Assembly: GCA_029838195.1 (NCBI GenBank)
Contig: JALGVJ010000005.1
Span: 64,001-128,000 of the forward strand
Direction of reading: 5' to 3'
DNA length: 64,000 bases
DNA from: Promethearchaeota archaeon
GTDB lineage: Archaea; Asgardarchaeota; Lokiarchaeia; Sigyniarchaeales; SOKP01
This document shows positions 1 through 7,717 of the stretch, in pieces (the first letter of the stretch is position 1; each line of letters begins with the position of its first letter). The notes beneath the pieces were generated by a model. That model was not told where the DNA came from. It searched no databases and worked only from the letters and a program-made list of their open reading frames with translations. Made by a program: the position numbers and the translations under genes.

Positions 1-143
1 CATACTTTCAATTCGAAAAAAAAGATACGAGATAAAGGGTCCAATATCACTCACACTATGATAATATCAAGATAATACTCTAATTTAAGATAAAAATCAC
101 TTTCAGATTATTTACACCTCTCAATAATTTATCATGGAGGAAA

Positions 144-485
144 GTGATGGTAGATAGAATCATCAAGCAATCAGAAGTAGATTCTTTTTTGATTCGGATT
201 AAAAATATTTTTCCAAATTGTATTGCAGGCATTATATGTGACCATCATGGGTTTCCTATTTCTTCGCAAATTGCTGATAAAGTGAACATGAAAGAAAATG
301 AATTAGCCTTATTAGCAATTTCAAATAGGATTTCTTTAAATAAAAAATTGAAAATAAGTAAAATCAAGTTAGATTTAGATGAGGAAAAAAAAATTAAATT
401 ATTATTGTTAATAGAAGGTACGAATAAGAACCTCTGTGGAATAGCGGATCTTCGAAACATTGTAAAAAATCAGTTAATTTTTTAA
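144..485 (+). CDS. Roadblock/LC7-like domain protein (divergent)
   Basis: Helix followed by 'IAGIICDHHGFPISS', then a helix and beta strands, matching the Roadblock/profilin-like pattern; tandem with a clearer Roadblock gene. Confidence 0.55.
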   Translation: MMVDRIIKQSEVDSFLIRIKNIFPNCIAGIICDHHGFPISSQIADKVNMKENELALLAISNRISLNKKLKISKIKLDLDEEKKIKLLLLIEGTNKNLCGIADLRNIVKNQLIF

Positions 486-648
486 ATTTTTCGAAACAAG
501 CAAATTTTTTTATGAATTTTTTTTTTTTTAATAATAGAGTATAAGAATATTAATGCTTTTTTAAAAATTTTTTTACGAGAAGTAATCGAGAGTCGAACGA
601 GTGAATCTCGAACCAATTAATAAAACAACTATAAAAGGAGCTTGATAA

Positions 649-1125
649 ATGGATTCTTCACGAGATTTTCATGAAGATGAGAAGGAATTAAAAGAAATTT
701 TACGCACGATCGTTAATAGCACGGCCGGCATTAAATATTCCTTGATTATTGATGATACAGGATTAACCCTCTTAAGTCATTCAAAATTTAATTTGACTAA
801 TGATGAGATGATTTCTGTGGAAAAAATTGGAGCAATAGGGGGCGCCGTGTTCATTGCAGGAGAAGAGCAAGGAGAGGTTTTAGGGTATGGTCATATCAAC
901 ATGCAGATTACTGAATATAATAAAGGGATGATATTTTCAGTAAAAGCTGGAAAAGGCATTCTCTGCCTTGCTACGGATAAGAACGTGAACATTGGATATG
1001 TTAGGGCGATTACTAAAAAATTTGCTCCAAAAATAAAAAAAGTACTTGAAACTTATTTAGAAGAGGACAGTTCTAAAGGGAATAAATTAAAAGAATTATT
1101 AGATTCAGATTCTATTTTGATTTGA
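649..1125 (+). CDS. Roadblock/LC7 (MglB-like) domain protein
   Basis: 'GIKYSLIIDDTGLTLLS...EKIGAIGGAVF...ITEYNKGMIFSVKAGKGILCL...NIGYVR' is the typical Roadblock signature. Confidence 0.85.
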   Translation: MDSSRDFHEDEKELKEILRTIVNSTAGIKYSLIIDDTGLTLLSHSKFNLTNDEMISVEKIGAIGGAVFIAGEEQGEVLGYGHINMQITEYNKGMIFSVKAGKGILCLATDKNVNIGYVRAITKKFAPKIKKVLETYLEEDSSKGNKLKELLDSDSILI

Positions 1126-1533
1126 ACTGATTCTATAAAAAGAGGAGCATGCTGTCGCCTAACACACTAACTCTCCCTCTCACTTCTTGGAATTCTCCAA
1201 AAAATCAATAGAGCTCTCTCATGTGAGGCAGTTAATTCATGCTCTAAGGGGACTTAATCATGTATACTGCTTCATGCTGTCTTAGACCCCATCGCTCGGA
1301 ATTTACCTTAAGCTTGGGTTAAATGCCCATTTCGAGCAGTAAAGTATTGATTAAAAACTCCGGATGTATGCATTTTTTTGCTCTCATAATCATCCTCTTT
1401 CATATGAGTCCTCGAAAATGCAAATTTTCCATCATTATTTCCCCAATAAAATATAATGACCGTTAAATAAAAAAATTATTCCCTTAAAATTTGAAAAAAA
1501 TGTGAACTCTTCAAAAAAAGGTAAGAGATCTCA

Positions 1534-2019
1534 TTAACTCGGTTTCTTCTTTTTTGAACGTCTTGAAAAATAAAATTTGAAATAAAAAAACAATCCAAGA
1601 TAGACGCAGAACTCCGAACCCATGTACAGTGTATTTTTAACTATTTTTAAATGATCTTGAGGAACATTTTCGGGATTCATCATCGTTAAAAATACTTTTT
1701 TATAGTCGGCATTTGATACAATCCAATGAGCCATGAAAGTTTCGTCATTCACGGTCCTTAGTCCAAGTGCTTTATAATTTTTTACTATAATTTCATATAC
1801 ACCGGTATTAAGTTTCAGGGTTCCACCATATTCTTGAAATTTATTATTAAGCAGATCACTAATCCCATGAATACCACAGGATGGATTCCAAATTCCTTTC
1901 ACTGACACCACATTCCACATGAACGCTAAATGCAGCATTGACATTATGGGTGATTGGGTGCCTTGAGATCCTAAAAGCCTTTTTAAAGAATCATAATCAT
2001 CGTAATTCTCTTTCTGGAT
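1534..2019 (-). pseudogene. Internal fragment of a phytoene desaturase-family FAD oxidoreductase
   Basis: 'GIWNPSCGIHGISDLL...GGTLKLNTGVYEIIV...WIVSNAD...FCVYLGL' matches the central CrtI-like region; the frame is open about 25 codons upstream of the called Met; no N-terminal GxGxxG and no C-terminal half. Confidence 0.65.
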
Positions 2020-2029
2020 TTAAATCCAC

Positions 2030-2245
2030 TCACATGAAGATTTCTTCAATTTGATCCAAGGTAATTAATTTTTCTTCTACTAGTTGTCTAATGAACTTAT
2101 AGGCAGCACATTCATATTCCTTTTCCCAGTATTCTTGGTCTTCTTTATAAAAATTGCATTTATGACAGACGCGATTAATTAATTGTTTATTTAACGGAGA
2201 GATGTCATTTTCTGTTCTTAAATAGACATGTTTTTTTTCCACCAT
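2030..2245 (-). CDS. Small Cys-motif protein (CxxCxF...EC), possibly metal-binding
   Basis: CHKCNFY...ECAAY; AGGTGA SD-like element upstream; co-oriented directly downstream of the radical SAM gene. Confidence 0.6.
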   Translation of the reverse strand: MVEKKHVYLRTENDISPLNKQLINRVCHKCNFYKEDQEYWEKEYECAAYKFIRQLVEEKLITLDQIEEIFM

Positions 2246-2286
2246 TTATTTTTCTCACCTTTTTTTCATTATTAAGTTCTTTTAAA

Positions 2287-3408
2287 TTAAGGATTTTTTT
2301 CGTTTTTAGGAAGACGTCCATATCGATAACACATGTAAATATCCTCCCCTAACACGTCGCCTGTTTCAACATAAGCTCGATATCTACATCCACCTCTACA
2401 TTGATTTAAAAACTCACAATTAATTTCAAAACATTTCAGATCTTTAATATTCCAATTTAATCTTTCTTGTATTTTCCTCCAGCTCTGTTTTACCCCTAAT
2501 TCAAACACGTTTCCTAAATCATTTTCACTGAAGAATCCACATTTCGAAATATTCCCTAAAACATCTATAGCCATGATATTTGGCCCACATGCTAAATCCT
2601 TAAAGGAGGTTTCTGACTCGTAAAAAACACCCCATCCATAAGACTTTAAGACTTCTGCTCCTTTTTTACCGGAAATTGCATATTTTTCACGAATGTCTTT
2701 CGGAATGGATTCGTCATAGGTGGGGATGTCTAATATCCAATTTTTAATAGGCCCTAAATTTTTAATGAATTGTTTAAGGGCATTAAATTCATTTACATTG
2801 CGAGCATGAATCATGGTATTTATGGTAACATGAATATCGTGGTGTAATAAAAGTTTAATTCCTTCAATAGTATCTTGGAAACATTTAACATTTCTAAATT
2901 CATCATGCGTATCTTTTAATCCATCTAAGCTTACAAAGACTTCAAAATAATTTTCCTTCAGTAGAGGTAATAGTTCTTTTTTTTGTTTAATTAATGTACC
3001 GTTCGTTAACAAAACTTTTTGTAAAGGAACTTTTTTGAGAAATAGAAGTAATTGTTTCAAGTTTCCATATAAAAATGGTTCTCCTCCCGTCAGAATTATT
3101 CTTAACCCGTGTAATTCATAAAAATCCCTAATTAATTTTATTAAATCTTCTATTGCTATATCTTGTTGCTTCTTATTCGTGAGATAACAATGCTTGCATT
3201 GCAAATTACATTTCTCGGTGATATTAATCATTAATTTCGTTAGATATGGTTCTTTAAAAATATTCTTTTCCGGTAAATTAAGATGCTCCTTTGATACCAT
3301 GGCCTCGTTAGTCATGGGAAAAGGGGAGGATTGAATGATACCAAGTTCTATGAAATTCTTGAATGCATCTTGAATTTCTTTTCTTTTTTCGGGAAGATAT
3401 TCATCCAA
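2287..3408 (-). CDS. Radical SAM/SPASM domain protein (main part)
   Basis: CNLQCKHC cluster motif, TGGEP, TNG; SPASM Cys pattern ACGPN...GNISKC...CFEINCEFLNQCRGGCRYRAY...YMC. Confidence 0.9.
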   Translation of the reverse strand: MDEYLPEKRKEIQDAFKNFIELGIIQSSPFPMTNEAMVSKEHLNLPEKNIFKEPYLTKLMINITEKCNLQCKHCYLTNKKQQDIAIEDLIKLIRDFYELHGLRIILTGGEPFLYGNLKQLLLFLKKVPLQKVLLTNGTLIKQKKELLPLLKENYFEVFVSLDGLKDTHDEFRNVKCFQDTIEGIKLLLHHDIHVTINTMIHARNVNEFNALKQFIKNLGPIKNWILDIPTYDESIPKDIREKYAISGKKGAEVLKSYGWGVFYESETSFKDLACGPNIMAIDVLGNISKCGFFSENDLGNVFELGVKQSWRKIQERLNWNIKDLKCFEINCEFLNQCRGGCRYRAYVETGDVLGEDIYMCYRYGRLPKNEKNP

Positions 3409-3569
3409 TATTTCCTGAAAAGTTTTTTTCCCTCAATTTTTTTTAAAATTGCAAAAGCTTCTTCATCAATAAGATAGGATTCATCATTTTTTAAATCAAA
3501 AAGGTTGATTTCTTGGTATTTTCTAAGCGTGATGTGGTGTGGAAGATATGGATATAGATTAAGATTCAT
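3348..3569 (-). CDS. N-terminal PqqD/RRE-like domain of the radical SAM protein, separated by a -1 frameshift at about 3423-3432
   Basis: Adding one A in the run joins the frames as 'ESYLIDEEAFAILKKIEGKKTFQEILDEYLPEKRKEIQDAFKNFIELGII', an RRE-like wHTH pattern. Confidence 0.7.
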   Translation of the reverse strand: MNLNLYPYLPHHITLRKYQEINLFDLKNDESYLIDEEAFAILKKIEGKKLFRKYWMNIFPKKEKKFKMHSRIS

Positions 3570-3946
3570 TGATTAAACATAAAAATGCCATGTATAAAAA
3601 GATTCAGCTGATAAATAAAAAACTTATTAAAAAAGATGATTTCATCATGTAAATTCTAGAATTTCTTATTAAAATTCAATTTTCGGGATTGCCGAGTCAT
3701 TAAAATAAAAAAAAGAGTAAGAAAGATTTGACTGCGGGTATAGATTTCTTCCCTATTAAGATTAACCGAGAATATATGGCTTTAATTGCTTTCATTGAGT
3801 TAAAGAAGAATCTTTGCTTGTCTTTATTTGATAAAAATGTTAAGCTCGGAAAATTCGATAAAATTAAAAACTTTTAATACATCCTTTTTTTATTAATTTT
3901 TTAATTATTAAAATTCTATTAAAATATTAATGGACATGCGAAGCTC

Positions 3947-4726
3947 ATGAGTGAACAGGATAATGGTATTGAAAAGAGAGATAATAAACGCTCTCAAATG
4001 AAAATCAATATTATTTTACTACTTTTTCTCGGTCTCATCATAATTGTCACTATTCTATCGGCTCTTTATAAAAATATCGGAGAATTCTTTAACTTGACAA
4101 ATTGGTTTGACTCTGAAACTCTTGAAGCCATACCAATTTATAGTGCTATAGGATTTACGGTACTTGTCTGCTTCATAGGAGCGATTATACCCATTCCGAT
4201 CCCTTATCCTCTTCCCATTACTGCCTTTACAGCTACTTGGTTGAATTCTAATGAGAATGCATGGTTCTTAATTACCCTATTAGTATTATTTGCCGCACTC
4301 TCCAATACATTAGGAGACATGTTAGATTGGTTTATAGGTCGAGGCGCTCAAGGATTGTTGAGTAAAGAATCCCCTGAATTACAAAATCCATGGAGTCAAT
4401 TGATTCTAAGAAAACCTAAGATTATTCCCCCCATAATTTTATTATTTGGTGCGACTCCTCTTCCCGAATCGATTCTCTTTACTACTTTGGGGTTTTTGAA
4501 ATATAATAAAAAAAAAGTATTAATATATTGTTTTATCGGAAAAATTATCATGATGGTATCTTTTGCTCTTTTAGGAATTGTGTCTTTAGGGTTCTTATCC
4601 CTTTTTTCCGAAGAATCTAGCCCCAATGGTTGGATAAGCGGCATTATCACGCTTTATATTCTCTGGGGAATCATCGTATTAATGGTGAAATTCAAACCTA
4701 AATTGAAAGAAGAAAAGGAGGGGTAG
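3947..4726 (+). CDS. VTT/DedA (SNARE-associated) family membrane protein
   Basis: Multiple TM helices; IIPIPIPY, 'NTLGDMLDWFIGRG', 'FGATPLPE...LGFLKY...FIGK' motifs. Confidence 0.75.
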   Translation: MSEQDNGIEKRDNKRSQMKINIILLLFLGLIIIVTILSALYKNIGEFFNLTNWFDSETLEAIPIYSAIGFTVLVCFIGAIIPIPIPYPLPITAFTATWLNSNENAWFLITLLVLFAALSNTLGDMLDWFIGRGAQGLLSKESPELQNPWSQLILRKPKIIPPIILLFGATPLPESILFTTLGFLKYNKKKVLIYCFIGKIIMMVSFALLGIVSLGFLSLFSEESSPNGWISGIITLYILWGIIVLMVKFKPKLKEEKEG

Positions 4727-4860
4727 AAATACTTTCTTTTTAAATTATTATTTATTAAAATGTTGACACCATGTCTCCTTTTTTTTAATTTTAAAATATA
4801 ATCTTAAAATTTTATTTAAATCACCCCATTAATTGCATAAAGAATAAACTTTTCTGAAAA

Positions 4861-5211
4861 ATGAGATTAACTGAAGATGCTATAAAAGTCATTCAAGAAC
4901 AGCACGAAGAAATCTTAAAAGAGGATGAATCGAACACCCCTGCTCTCTTAATATATCAATATTACACGAGATCATGATCCAGAACGTCTTGCACCATCGT
5001 GGTTCGACTATTTCCAAAGAGCCAAATCTTGGCCCATGAAGATAAAATAAAAAAATGGACTGAAATAGAAGTAGGTGATAAAAAAATCGAAGTTTTCTTA
5101 GAAAAAACTCTTCTCGGTGAATTAAAAAACCCTGAAGATTTCATCCTCGATGGTCAGATCTGGAAAATGGTCAAATGGAGTCGAAGTTATTTATTCTTGA
5201 AAAATAAATAA
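4861..5211 (+). CDS. Putative selenoprotein, HesB/IscA-like fold, 116 aa with Sec (UGA at 4975-4977)
   Basis: ATG 4861 reads MRLTEDAIKVIQ...ALLIYQYYTRS-TGA-SRTSCTIVVRL, in frame with ORF 4999..5211; SECIS-like hairpin just downstream. Confidence 0.8.
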
Positions 5212-5224
5212 AAATAGAAAAAAG

Positions 5225-5260
5225 ATGACCTAATCTTAAAAAACCTAGAAGATTAGTGAT
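5225..5260 (+). promoter_or_regulatory. Eukaryote-like (Lokiarchaeal type) SECIS element in the 3' UTR
   Basis: ATGA-C-CTAATCTT-[AAAAAACCTAG]-AAGATTAG-TGAT: AUGA/UGA kink-turn quartet, perfect 8-bp stem, unpaired A run at the 5' side of the apical loop. Confidence 0.8.
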
Positions 5261-5344
5261 TTACGGCTGCAACCGTTTTTCCTCATTCCTTTTTTTTCTC
5301 GTGCTTTTTCATTGCCCATTGAACTCTCTCATCTCTTTAAAATG

Positions 5345-5533
5345 CTATTTTCCTACCATGGAACCTAAATCATTTTTTTTCATTGATACCTCTACTTTTT
5401 CCAATCTATCTAACGCTTCAATAATGTGCTCACTTGATAAATAACAAGGAAAATGTTTCTTCAATGCTGATTTATCATTATTTTTTAGATATTCGGTAAT
5501 TTGATCCCAAATTTCCTCTTCTGATCTTTTCAT
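5345..5533 (-). CDS. Small hypothetical protein
   Basis: 62-aa ORF with protein-like composition; preferred over the overlapping + strand ORF. Confidence 0.5.
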   Translation of the reverse strand: MKRSEEEIWDQITEYLKNNDKSALKKHFPCYLSSEHIIEALDRLEKVEVSMKKNDLGSMVGK

Positions 5534-5745
5534 GGTCTTTTTAGAGGTTTAATTATTTTATTTTCCACTAAACTCATTACATGTGTAAATCTTATAAACT
5601 ACTAAATTTCTTCCGATCAACTTTTTTAGTCTTTCTTTAATCTCGTAATTTTCTAAAGAATTTTTAATTAAATCAATCCCAGCTTTTTCATATTTTCATT
5701 TCATCTTTTTTTTACATGAATTTGTCGTGCTTAACTTTTCTAAAA

Positions 5746-6042
5746 TCATTTTTGAAAAAGAAGATCAATATCATTTCTTTTCGTTTTCTTCTTTATGAAT
5801 AAATCATACAAACCAATATACCAGCACAAAACATCATGCGGTGTTTGGGAAAAGAAAATTTTCTCCGCCACCTTGCTTATCAGGTCGTCAGAAGGATGTG
5901 TGAAATTTTGCTCCACATATAATTGACGCTCTGCTAATAACCAACATAATATGTCGTAAGGATGTTTCTTTTCCCATATATAATACGCTGCAACGCTAAT
6001 CTCCTCATCGGAAATGTCATGCTTTAACTTCATTTCTCGCAC
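5746..6042 (-). CDS. Small protein with two DUF2934-like repeats
   Basis: Internal duplication 'ISVAAYYIWEKKHPYDILCWLLAE' / 'ISKVAEKIFFSQTPHDVLCWYIG'. Confidence 0.6.
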   Translation of the reverse strand: MREMKLKHDISDEEISVAAYYIWEKKHPYDILCWLLAERQLYVEQNFTHPSDDLISKVAEKIFFSQTPHDVLCWYIGLYDLFIKKKTKRNDIDLLFQK

Positions 6043-6227
6043 CCCACCCCTTGCCTTTTTTTAATAATCTTCATTTTTACATAATTCCATGTCTTAATAA
6101 TTTATCTCTCTAATAAAAGGGATACAACACGAAATATATATTTTTATTTATTTTGAATGTTTTAAGAACAAATGAAATAAATTAAAATTCGATAATTTCA
6201 TTATTTTAGTTAAAAAAATGGTCGTCA

Positions 6228-6440
6228 ATGATAATCATGGATGATAAAGTAGAGGAGAAAGACCTTGTAGATAATAAAAACTTAAATAAAAAAAATCAAG
6301 TTCCAAAGGAATGCGATCACGATTTTATTCATGAGGATTTATCCCAGATTTTTATTACTTTTAATAGCTCGAACGAATATGATTATCTCTTTCAGTCAAG
6401 GAATGCAATGTTTATTCTGAACATGATTAAACTTGTTTGA
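6228..6440 (+). CDS. Hypothetical protein (possibly a remnant)
   Basis: 70-aa ORF with no recognisable motif. Confidence 0.3.
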   Translation: MIIMDDKVEEKDLVDNKNLNKKNQVPKECDHDFIHEDLSQIFITFNSSNEYDYLFQSRNAMFILNMIKLV

Positions 6441-6614
6441 ATGAAAGAACTTCCCTCATATCAACATTAAACCTTTTTAAAATATTATTAGACCAAAATC
6501 ATTTCTAATTTAAAGAAAGTAAGTATTTCTTTACTTTTATTCAAGATAAAAATATGAAAAAAAGAGAGTTTTAATTATTATTAGAAAAAAAATAGAAGAT
6601 TAGCCAGGTTTTTC

Positions 6615-6722
6615 TTAGCACGCATCTCCTCCACACTTACAGGAGAGACTAATGCATGCATCTCCACCGCATTTACAGCTTACGGCTTCAATCTTTTTCT
6701 TTTCTTTTTTTACGATTTTCAT
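6615..6722 (-). CDS. 35-aa Cys-rich peptide MKIVKKEKKKIEAVSCKCGGDACISLSCKCGGDAC (RiPP precursor-like or metallothionein-like)
   Basis: Manual translation; the duplicated core is encoded with synonymous differences (agc tgt aaa tgc ggt gga gat gca tgc vs tcc tgt aag tgt gga gga gat gcg tgc); AAGGT SD-like element upstream, TATA box upstream, T-run downstream. Confidence 0.85.
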   Translation of the reverse strand: MKIVKKEKKKIEAVSCKCGGDACISLSCKCGGDAC

Positions 6723-6800
6723 TTTTTTTACCTTTTTTAGTTTTGTTTTAAATTTATTAGAACAAATTAATTGAATTTGTTATACTAACTGATTAGGTAA

Positions 6801-6808
6801 TATATAAA
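6801..6808 (-). promoter_or_regulatory. Putative TATA box (TTTATATA) for the Cys-rich peptide gene
   Basis: Consensus archaeal TATA about 80 nt upstream of the ATG; weak evidence in AT-rich DNA. Confidence 0.35.
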
Positions 6809-6949
6809 TTCATTGGTTATAGAGGGTAGTATGAGTGTTTTACAAAATGGTGTGAATTAATGGGTTTGTTATAAAAAGGATTTAAGGAGTATGAGGGATT
6901 TCAAGAATAATATGAATGCAAGTAAAAAGGGGGTGAAAGATCCGATGGA

Positions 6950-7717
6950 TTAAGGTGGGGAGGATTTTTTAAAGGATTGGAATAATTCTTCGATTTGTTC
7001 ATAGGAGCCTAGAAGATTTTTAATTTTGGGGTTGCTTAATCCTTTGATGGCATCGCCTTCATAGAATTTTTTACCATCTTTTAAGATAAAGACTTTTTGA
7101 GCCCATTTTTCGACAAAAAAAAGGTGGTGGGTCGTGAATAAGATGGTCATTTTTTCTTGAGTGCGCAAGGTTTCGATAATTTTGATGTGATTATGAATGG
7201 ATTGAAAATCTAGATTAGCAAACGGTTCATCGAGGATGAGCAATTTAGGCTTAAGCACGAGCAAGCCAGCGAGGGCGGCTCTTTTTTTTTGCCCCCAAGA
7301 GAGATTAAAGGGGGATTCATTTTTATAGTGTAAGAGATTTACGGCTTTTAAAGCCCATTCCGTGCGTTTTTGGACCTCCTCTTCGGGTAATTTTAGATTT
7401 CGCGCGCCAAATGCCACGTCTTCGGCGATAGTAGGGGCGAAGAGTTGGTCATCGGGGTTTTGGAATAAGAATCCGATTTGTTGGCGTATTTTCCAGAGTT
7501 GTTTTCGATTTCTTGTTAAAGTTTTTCCAAATATCTTAATGGTCCCGGATTTAGGTTTTAATAATCCGACCATGAGTCGAAGTAAAGTAGATTTTCCGGC
7601 ACCATTATTTCCGAGTAGGGCATAAATTGATTCTTGTTCGATTTGCAAGCTGATATTTTCAAGAGAAAATCCTGAGTTATATTTAAAACTAAGGTTTTCA
7701 ATTTCTACTGCAAGAAT
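6950..7717 (-). CDS. cbiO: ECF transporter ATPase (CbiO/NikO); start extended beyond the called TTG at 7648
   Basis: GNNGAGKST, FQNPDDQLFAPT, LSWGQKKR, ILDEP; upstream in-frame 'ILAVEIENLSFKY' is the usual first ABC strand. Confidence 0.9.
   Translation of the reverse strand: MLAVEIENLSFKYNSGFSLENISLQIEQESIYALLGNNGAGKSTLLRLMVGLLKPKSGTIKIFGKTLTRNRKQLWKIRQQIGFLFQNPDDQLFAPTIAEDVAFGARNLKLPEEEVQKRTEWALKAVNLLHYKNESPFNLSWGQKKRAALAGLLVLKPKLLILDEPFANLDFQSIHNHIKIIETLRTQEKMTILFTTHHLFFVEKWAQKVFILKDGKKFYEGDAIKGLSNPKIKNLLGSYEQIEELFQSFKKSSPP

Noticed and set aside
586-611. TCGAGA...TCTCGA inverted repeat upstream of the second Roadblock gene
   Set aside because: Only 6 bp, which could easily arise by chance
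4962-5144. Minus-strand 60-aa ORF, and the 4999 start of the + ORF
   Set aside because: The first is a shadow of the putative selenoprotein; 4999 is an internal Val codon downstream of the UGA
5256-5444. + strand 62-aa ORF
   Set aside because: Starts inside the SECIS, overlaps a better minus-strand ORF and has antisense-like composition
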